Below are positions 1 through 6,777 of a stretch of DNA of 20,876 bases, one piece after another. This DNA comes from Octopus sinensis (Eukaryota): contig NW_021823872.1 in NCBI RefSeq assembly GCF_006345805.1, forward strand, positions 1 to 20,876, in the 5' to 3' direction. The translations under genes and the position numbers were made by a program. The notes beneath the pieces were generated by a model. That model did no database searches and had not been told where the DNA came from. It was given only the letters and a program-made list of their open reading frames with translations. Each line of letters starts with the position of its first letter. Positions within the stretch are counted from its first letter, which is position 1.

Positions 1-419
1 GTTGTTGTGTATTATACATAGATGAGCATGCGCACACTCACACAAACGTATACATATTGGACTCACGTCCTCGATTCGACATATCGACGCTCAATAATCA
101 TATATTTCTTGTTTAATGTTTATGGTACTCTTGTGAGATGTCCTTTTCATATATAAATACATATGTCGTACATAAATATGTTTTATGCGTGCCCATATAT
201 ATATGTATATATGTTACCCTCACAAACATACATATATAAGTACATACATATGTGTGTGCGTATGTGTGTGTGTGTGAGTATGTACGTACAATGTATGTGT
301 GACTTCTGAGTTCAAAGCTGTAGTGAAGCATCTTTTTTAAAAGAATTCTATAAAATCAAGTATGTTTATTTGAAGTAAAGTCTGACTGACTGCATATCGA
401 TCTATGAATCTTTTATCCA

Positions 420-601
420 TTATATATATACAGACCACACAAACACATACACATACACATACAACCACTCACAGAAAATACAGAAATACACACACATATG
501 TATGCATATATTTATATACAGAATCATACATAACCTCATATCATACACACATACATACAGACATATATATATATATATCTATATATATCTATATATCTAT
601 A

Positions 602-633
<32 letters not shown>

Positions 634-751
634 TGTATGTGTGTGCGTGTGTGTGTGTGTGTGTGTTGTGTTATTCTGCTTCTCTGTATCTCTCCTTCCC
701 TATACTTATAAACACTTATTTCTATCTACCTATCTATCTATCTATCTATCT
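420..751. repeat. Compound microsatellite: degenerate (CA)n, (TA)n ~564-632, (TG)n ~635-666, (TCTA)n 722-751
   Basis: Directly visible tandem di- and tetranucleotide runs; they explain the YI/CV/LSIY-type ORFs. Confidence 0.95.
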
Positions 752-759
752 CCTATGTT

Positions 760-977
760 TTTTCGCTTATTTCTTTCCCTCATTAGAAGCGGCCATGCTG
801 CCGCACCGACTTCAAGAATTTTGTGTCAAAGCCAATACTTTTTAAAAGCCTAGTACTGATTCCACATCCCCTTTTAGCCGAACTGCTAAGTTATGGAGGC
901 GTAAGCAGATGAACACTAGTTGCCAAGGATTGAGAGGGGACTAACACAGGCATAAGGACACAGACGCTCACACACAC

Positions 978-1023
<46 letters not shown>

Positions 1024-1216
1024 ACTCTCTCACACGCACACACATAGATATAGGTCAGGCTTCTTTCAGTTTCCGCTGACCAAATCCACTCACAAGTATT
1101 TGGGCCACCAGAGGTTATCGCAGAAGCCGCTTGCCCATGGGGCCACGCGATAAGATTGAACCAGGAACCATGTGTTTCGGAAGTAAACTTCTTACCAGAT
1201 AACCATATCTGCGCCT
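760..1216 (-). mobile_element. tRNA-derived CORE-type SINE (type B here), diverged full-length copy with internal (CA)n
   Basis: The minus strand reads aggcgcagatatggttatctggtaagaag...catggttcctggttcaatc...gcgtggccccatgggcaag...gtgagtggatttggtcagcggaaactgaaagaagcc, colinear with the copies at 5859, 14590 and 16514. The 3' module (cttagcagttcggctaaaagg...cagcatggccgc) is present. Confidence 0.85.
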
Positions 1217-1380
1217 TTCTCCCCCTCTCTCTCTCTCTCTCTCTCTTTATATATATATATATACGCACACATGCATGCATACATACATGTATATTTGTGT
1301 GTGGGCGTGTGTTTGTGTGTGTGTGTATGTGGATATATATATGTATATATATGTATATATAAGTATATATAAGTATATAA
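1217..1380. repeat. Compound (CT)n/(TA)n/(TG)n microsatellite
   Basis: Direct inspection. Confidence 0.9.
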
Positions 1381-2075
1381 GAGCAACAGAATGAATGAGG
1401 GTGAAAGACCACGATGAGGAGAGAGAGGTGGAGGGACAGAGAATTAGAGAGGCTGTTATTCATTCCTAACAAAGAATATAAAATCAGATAACTAAATGAA
1501 CCATGACCATGTACAATAAACTGTTTACCCACAAACTGAACAAAATGCGGTAATATCGAATTTGACCTTGCTCCGTATTAGTAGCTAATTTCTTACCCTC
1601 ACCAGACGTGCATCTGACCGCGGGTTTGACTGACCTTTCTCTGATCTGGACACCAAAAATATCTAGGGAAGGTCCTTTGTTTCAAATGCTGAATTTCTTT
1701 AGATTTTATGGTCATGTATCATTTCGATATTTTCTCATGATTTATTATATTTTTTATAGGAAATTGTTATCTGTTCCCTTTTCGTACAAACATCAATGAT
1801 ATTATTTTCATAATGGACCTTAGCTAAGTGTACGCATATATACAGGCAATAATATATGGCATTGTATAATTTATAAGAGATGTTACATACACATGAATAT
1901 CAGCACAAACACTCACACACAACGAAGTTAAACTATAGTCTTAGATAAAACTTTACAGCTGTTTCGAAAATTCAACGATTGGTTGATGTAATATGTATTA
2001 AGCTATAAGCTCAGATCAACCAATGACCTGTGAGGGAGTCTGATTGACAGAAGCTGTGAGAAGTCCGTTATATAT

Positions 2076-2292
2076 AGGCGCATGGCTAAGTGGTTATGGT
2101 GTTGCGCTCAAGATTGCGACATCGTGCTTTCTATTACCAGACCGTGTGTTGCGTTGTATGGTGCACACCTGATAGTAATAATATCAATTTGATGGAATGA
2201 GTGATCTTATGCAAACAGAAACATCTGATCACTATAAACACATCCTTTGTGTGATTATTCAGCAAGAAATTGCCAAACCCTCATACGTCATC
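2076..2292 (+). mobile_element. Degenerate tRNA-derived SINE-like fragment
   Basis: A-box-like ggcgcatggctaagtggtta followed by a decayed B-box region (ctattaccagaccg) and gtgttgcgttgt; the body is not matched elsewhere in the window. Confidence 0.4.
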
Positions 2293-2315
2293 AATTGACG
2301 TGAGAGTCTATGGTA

Positions 2316-2332
2316 TATATATGTGTGTATAT

Positions 2333-2391
<59 letters not shown>

Positions 2392-2396
2392 TATAT

Positions 2397-2435
<39 letters not shown>

Positions 2436-2459
2436 CTATATATATGTGTGTGTGTGTGT
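2316..2459. repeat. (TA)n array ending in (TG)n
   Basis: Direct inspection. Confidence 0.97.
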
Positions 2460-2672
2460 AAAGTTAATCCAAACATACATGAAAACACAAAGAGAAAACA
2501 CAACAACGCGAGGAGGTGGAACAAATATAGTATTATTGGACGCTCAGAATGAAGGGAAGAAGGAGGGTTTTACGTTTCGAGCGGAGCTCTTCGTCAGAAA
2601 CATAGGAAAAGGAAAGATCCAGAGAAGGGAAGACGGAGGAAAAAAATCGCCAACGGTACACACGCGGTCACA
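2460..2672 (-). mobile_element. Penelope-like/retrozyme-like non-autonomous unit (~213 bp) carrying a hammerhead motif, embedded in (TA)n
   Basis: Non-coding unit, pyrimidine-rich on the minus strand, bounded by TA/TG arrays on both sides and containing the hammerhead at 2567-2601. Its 3' part resembles 2753-2830. Confidence 0.65.
2567..2601 (-). ncRNA. Minimal type I hammerhead ribozyme motif
   Basis: Minus strand: GTTT-CTGACGA-A-GAGC-TCC-GCTC-GAAA-CG-TA-AAAC. Helix I GUUU/AAAC, core CUGACGA and GAAA, helix II GAGC/GCUC, palindromic ACGU in place of helix III, GUA cleavage triplet. Confidence 0.75.
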
Positions 2673-2702
2673 TTATATATATATATATATATATATCTTA
2701 TA

Positions 2703-2752
<50 letters not shown>
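2673..2752. repeat. (TA)n array
   Basis: Direct inspection. Confidence 0.97.
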
Positions 2753-2753
<1 letters not shown>

Positions 2754-2828
2754 GAGCGCCATACTAACACAATTGTTTGTTTGTACTCCACCTGCTTCGT
2801 CTTTTGTTTATTTTCATAAAGCTTCCCG

Positions 2829-2830
<2 letters not shown>
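2753..2830 (+). mobile_element. 5'-truncated relative of the 2460-2672 unit, opposite orientation, TA-flanked
   Basis: tgagcgcca...tttgtactccacctgcttcgtcttttgt aligns by eye with tgagcgtcca...tttgttccacctcctcgcgttgttgt on the minus strand of 2460-2550; no ribozyme core retained. Confidence 0.45.
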
Positions 2831-2903
<73 letters not shown>

Positions 2904-2964
2904 TGTATGTATGTATGTATGTATGTATGTATGTTTGTATATATATGTGTATGCATGTGTGTGT
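2831..2964. repeat. (TA)n grading into (TATG)n
   Basis: Direct inspection. Confidence 0.97.
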
Positions 2965-2965
2965 A

Positions 2966-3198
2966 CAGGCCAAAAGTCTTCCGACAGTAAATCAAGATTC
3001 CATAAACGCTATCTGTAATCTTGTGTTGACTCGAAAGGAAAAATGAGTCGCTGAAGAAGGACTTCAGTTTGAACTATTTTCATGATGTTTCATATTTAGA
3101 TGCTTTTATTAAATCCATTCAGAAGTTAAACATAATCAATCTTGGAATTAAATGGTTTTGATTTACTGTCAAGTGACTGATTTACTATCTATCCCCTG
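2966..3198. mobile_element. Putative degenerate MITE (Tc1/mariner-type TA TSD)
   Basis: TA|CAGG ... CCTG|TA ends; perfect 13-bp subterminal inverted match gacagtaaatcaa (2983-2995) / ttgatttactgtc (3158-3170). Confidence 0.45.
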
Positions 3199-3200
3199 TA

Positions 3201-3201
3201 C

Positions 3202-3277
<76 letters not shown>
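3201..3277. repeat. (TA)n array
   Basis: Direct inspection. Confidence 0.97.
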
Positions 3278-3279
<2 letters not shown>

Positions 3280-3351
3280 GCCAGATAACCGAAGAGATGG
3301 TGTTGTGGATTTCCACTTCGGCATCTGAAACTCAGAGTTTTATCTTGACTA
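3278..3351 (+). ncRNA. Variant type I hammerhead ribozyme motif (U4C core change, extra U before GAAA)
   Basis: AGATAA(3283-88)-CCGAAGA-GATG..CATC-T-GAAA-CT-CAG-AG-TT-TTATCT(3340-45). Helix I is 6 perfect bp extendable via TAGCC/TGACTA; helix II is GATG/CATC plus inner GTGG/CCAC; helix III is ACU/AGU with a 3-nt loop; GUU triplet. Confidence 0.55.
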
Positions 3352-3443
3352 TCGAGTAATGTAACATATTATTGTATAGATAAATTTCCTCTATTTACAT
3401 AATATTGAGGTCTCTTTCTTTCTTTTGTTATCTTACCGTTTTA

Positions 3444-3447
<4 letters not shown>
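3278..3447 (+). mobile_element. Second TA-embedded ~170 bp unit beginning with a hammerhead-like fold
   Basis: Starts immediately after (TA)n with helix I of the hammerhead-like motif, ends in a T-rich tail and returns to (TA)n at 3448. Confidence 0.6.
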
Positions 3448-3480
<33 letters not shown>

Positions 3481-3890
3481 CCGCTGTTTCGTACTAAAGA
3501 GGGTTGTATCTATCTACATTTTCGCCTTCCTTCTTGACTGTTCGTGGGTCAAAGGGGTATATAGTTGCAACGTCAGCTATATAGCAAATGTGGCGCACCT
3601 TCTTCACCAGAACCATCAGCTCTGATCTTTTATGCTCTTGCACTGAACTGTTTGCATTGGGAAATTCCAGACGATTTTGCTAGACTCCGACTTTGCTAGT
3701 CTCTGCGGTTTGTGCTTATGCCACGTCTTTCCTCTCTCTAGCCGCCACTTTTCGCAAAGTTTCCAACGGAGTATTTTTGTTACTTGGTCATGAGGACACA
3801 ACTTGTAGTGGTTTTGGGTAGGTCCAGGGCATTCGTATTTTGGGCAATGGTTCAATCCACGCAGCACAGCGAAGACACTTGCTCATTCCT
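3481..3890 (-). pseudogene. R4/Dong-like non-LTR retrotransposon fragment (zinc knuckle to RLE endonuclease), frameshifted
   Basis: Minus translation across frameshifts: KCLRC..ECPGPTQNHYKLCPHDQVTKILRWKLCEKW..WHKHKP..SKIVWNFPMQT..EHKRSELMVLVKK..CYIADVA..PFDPRTVKKEGENVDRYNPL*YE. This matches the recalled RLE-clade pattern CRLC..H..C..RHDxVAKxIHW..KILWDF.IQT..RPD..D.A.PFD..KE.EK..KY. Confidence 0.85.
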
Positions 3891-3924
3891 TTATTATTAA
3901 CATTATCGTCATCATCATCATCAA

Positions 3925-3995
<71 letters not shown>

Positions 3996-4047
3996 TATTA
4001 TTATTATTATCATTATTATCACTATTATTATTATTATTATTATTATT
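3891..4047. repeat. (CAT)n/(TAT)n trinucleotide array
   Basis: Direct inspection. Confidence 0.97.
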
Positions 4048-4601
4048 GAGTGAGAGAGCAATGCATGCCATCAAAGTGACACTGGGGTAAAATATACGAA
4101 GCCCAATATACCCATCATGACTACCCGTCTGATAAAGGTACACCAGGCACATGCATCACAACCATATGTGCGCGACATGGTGATCTCATATCAAGATAAA
4201 CAGCACATGACCTTGCAGGTGGGGCCCAGTTAGAATTTTCTTCAGGTTGATATCCCATCCCGCTCAAAAGGTCCCCGAATAGGGTTGTTTAAGGATGTTG
4301 AAAGAACCACCCATGTTTCCAGAGGTGAATTATTCAAACCCCAAGAATCCCTCTCAACACATGGCTATGATGCTCCCCCACTACTTCTGCTCGTGATCAG
4401 AGATGCACATATCGTCAGCCACTAAGGGACATGCTCAACTGGTTTAGGTCAAACACTGACAAGCAATCTGTGGTATTGAGCAAATATTTGCTGTAGCCCA
4501 TCTTTTATACCAAGACAAAACAATGTACATGATAACACTTCCAATCAGTTAAGATCAGAAGCCATGAGAGCCACTGCCTGGTACTACTGCATCAGGGCAT
4601 T
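4048..4601. mobile_element. ~550 bp non-coding interspersed element inserted in a (TAT)n tract
   Basis: Complex non-coding sequence with sharp boundaries, (TAT)n on both sides, no recognisable tRNA head or ORF. I recall it as an abundant octopus repeat (not verified). Confidence 0.6.
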
Positions 4602-4615
4602 TATTATTATTATTA

Positions 4616-4668
<53 letters not shown>
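4602..4668. repeat. (TAT)n array
   Basis: Direct inspection. Confidence 0.97.
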
Positions 4669-4670
<2 letters not shown>

Positions 4671-4673
4671 AAC

Positions 4674-4830
4674 GCGGTATTTCGTGTGTCGCTACGTTCT
4701 GAGTTCAAATTTCTACCTTTCATCATTTCGGGGTCGATAAAATAAGTACCAGTTGAGTATTTGGGTCGATGTAATCGACTATACACCTCCCGCAAATTCC
4801 TGCCTTGTGCCTATAGTAGAAAGGACTATC
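4674..4830 (+). mobile_element. tRNA-SINE type C, 5'-truncated
   Basis: gcggtatttcg..acgttctgagttcaaat..ctttcatcatttcggggtcgataaaataagtaccagttg..gccttgtgcctatagtagaaagg tail; colinear with the other type C copies. Confidence 0.85.
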
Positions 4831-4857
4831 ATTGTTGTTGCGGTGCTTCTTCTTAAA

Positions 4858-5090
4858 AGGCGGCGAGCTTGGCAGAAACGTTAGCACGCCGGGCGAAATG
4901 CTTAGCGGTACTTCATGTCTTTACGTTTTGAGTTCAAACTGCACCGCGGTCGACTTTGCCTTTCATCCTTTCATTGTCAATAAATTAAGTACCAGTTATG
5001 TACTGGGGTCGATCTAATCAAAATCCAGGCCTCGTGTCTAGATTAGAAAAGCGTATTTCAGGCCTTGTGCTTTTAGTAGAAAAGATTATT
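4858..5090 (+). mobile_element. tRNA-SINE type C, full-length, (ATT)n tail
   Basis: Head aggcggcgagcttggcagaaacgttagcacgccgggcgaaatg, B-box-like gagttcaaac, central ctttgcctttcatcc..aagtaccag, tail gccttgtgcttttagtagaaaagattatt. Confidence 0.9.
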
Positions 5091-5117
5091 ATTATTGTTG
5101 TTGTTGTTGTTGCTGTT

Positions 5118-5222
5118 AAGGCGGATAGCTAGCAGTATCGTTAGCGCGTCGCACAAAATGCTTAACGTCATTTCTTCAGGATTTCAGGTTGTGCATTCAC
5201 ATTTCACCGAGGGCGACTTTGC
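5118..5222 (+). mobile_element. tRNA-SINE type C, diverged 5' fragment
   Basis: aaggcggatagctagcagtatcgttagcgcgtcg..aaatgcttaacg..tttcaccgagggcgactttgc. Confidence 0.7.
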
Positions 5223-5247
5223 ACACACGCACGCACATCCCTAAATA

Positions 5248-5857
5248 TTGGGTTGGAAACTAAGTTCCCGCCATTTATTTAAAATTTTGGAATTAATTGC
5301 CTTTTTTATATTTTGGAATCTATTTAATTTTAGTTAATTTTTGCTTATTTTCATATCATTAGAATAGAATGTGAAGTTAAGAAAATACGAGCATTTTCGA
5401 CACCTCCTTCTTATTGCTTTTAATCAAGGTTCTAAGGCCGCAAAAGCTGCTCGCGACATTTGTGCTGTGTATGAAGAGGGTACCATAGCTGAAAGAACCG
5501 CTCGTGCAAGTTCAAAAATGGAAATCTTGACCTCGAAAATGCACCTCGTTCTGGCCGTCCAGTTGAGTTCAATGAAGAGCGACTAAACCAACTTGTGCAC
5601 GAAAATTCTCGTTAAACGACAAGGGAACTGACGGAGAGAATGGGTGCTCCCACACTGCTATAGAGAAGCATCTTCACTCAATGGGAAAGGTTCAGTAGTA
5701 TGGAGCATGGGTTCCACATGTTTTAAGTGACAACAACAAAAATCAACGAGCCACAATCTCCGCTGGTTTGCTTGCTCGTCACCGCTCAACTCATGGACAC
5801 AAGCAACGATTTCTTTATCGAATCATTACGGATGACGAAAAATGGTGCCTGTACATC
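5248..5857 (+). mobile_element. Mariner DNA transposon, 5' half; transposase pseudogene ~5364-5857
   Basis: TA|TTGGGTTGGAAACTAAGTTCCCG left TIR. Translation across frameshifts gives EHFRHLLLIAFNQGSKAAKAARDICAVYEEGTIAERTAR (HTH), WVPHVL at 5708-5725 and IITDDEKWCLYI (first catalytic Asp motif). No right TIR found. Confidence 0.92.
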
Positions 5858-5858
5858 T

Positions 5859-5983
5859 ATAAGGCTTTGGTCGGCCCGAGGCTATAGTAGAAGACACTTG
5901 CCCAAGGTGCCACGCAGTGGGGCTGAACCCGGAACCATGTGGTTGGTAAGCAAGCTACTTACCACACAGCCACTCCTACGCCT
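5859..5983 (-). mobile_element. CORE-type SINE (type B), young-looking 5' head only
   Basis: Minus: aggcgtaggagtggctgtgtggtaagtagcttgcttaccaaccacatggttccgggttcagccccactgcgtggcaccttgggcaagtgtcttc; the accttgggcaag block resembles the MIR/CORE domain. Confidence 0.9.
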
Positions 5984-6347
5984 AAATATGTGCATAAAAG
6001 AATATGTAGCTTTGAGGAACAGCAAAGAAATATACAGCTATTGGACTCGAACAAGTGTAGTTTCTTCATCATTGATGCCGTCGAGAGGTAGGCCCCGAAA
6101 CAGCGCACATTCTCTCCTGATGACGCCATTCATCTGCTGGCTCCCGGTATGCGGAGCTTTCAACAGGTAGCACTTGCATGTGCAAGTTGTTTGCAAAACA
6201 TCTTAGGAATTTCATTGAGTTTTCTTGCAGAATTCAAGTCGATCTAGGGGTTGAACTACGGGTCTCTGGTTTTATTTTATTTTACTGAAGCCAAGAAGTT
6301 CTTGGGGCTTATAGATGTCTAAATTAGTTGCTGTATGTACATATGTG

Positions 6348-6581
6348 GTGGAGGAGCACGGTGTAGTCATTATGGTGTTTGACTCGTAATCGTAAGATAG
6401 CGGTTTCGAATTTTGGGCCGGGCGATGCATTGTATTTCTTGAGCAAAATACGTAATTTCACATTGCTCCTGATCACCCAGCTTGTAAAATAGGTAATCCT
6501 GCGACAGAGCGGCGTCTCGTCCAGGAATGAATATATATAAGCCAGCAAAACCGACACACCAGCTCTCTGCTCCTCGCGGAG
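6348..6581 (+). mobile_element. Diverged tRNA/CORE-like SINE with a different 3' module
   Basis: tRNA-like head, ttcttgagcaaaatac..tttcacattgctcc..cagc central block, then gtaatcctgcgacagagcggcgtctcgtccagg. Confidence 0.6.
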
Positions 6582-6777
6582 TAATGTGGACTAACCATGA
6601 ACATAAGTGTGTCTGTGTGTGTCTTTGGATAAAGCTTACACTCACGTAGAATGTGTTCGTAGCACTTAAACACACATGTAGGTGTGCTACATTGTTATTT
6701 GTTCGTGTGTGTGGGGGGGGGTATGTATTCCATATGTACACTAATTGTGTACGTGTTAAGTTCAGGTACCTCAAAGA

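Noticed and set aside
1585-1700. Possible exon: plus-strand acceptor (gctaat..ttcttaccctcaccag) giving RASDRGFD* or the 1608-1799 ORF, and a minus-strand alternative 1688-1597 with a gtaaga donor
   Set aside because: No recognisable protein and no partner exons; the minus version has stops in all three frames and a purine-rich acceptor. It cannot be excluded as a UTR exon without RNA data.
1954-2024. Minus-strand GAAACAGCTGTA (hammerhead helix III-like palindrome) next to a 10-bp inverted repeat ATTGGTTGAT/ATCAACCAAT
   Set aside because: No CUGANGA core or helix II at the required position; at best a fully decayed remnant.
3051-3075. CTGAAGA-AGGAC-TTCA-GTTT-GAAC as a third hammerhead
   Set aside because: GAAA is broken, helix II needs two G-U pairs and no helix I/III partner exists; better explained by the ctgaag/cttcag hairpin.
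4120-4420. CTGATAA (plus) and CTGACGA (minus) motifs in the 550-bp element as ribozyme cores
   Set aside because: No correctly placed GAAA with closing helices in either case.
6085-6150. GAAA...CTGATGA as a type II hammerhead
   Set aside because: The flanks that should form helix II (ggcccc / cgcc) are not complementary, and helices I and III do not form.
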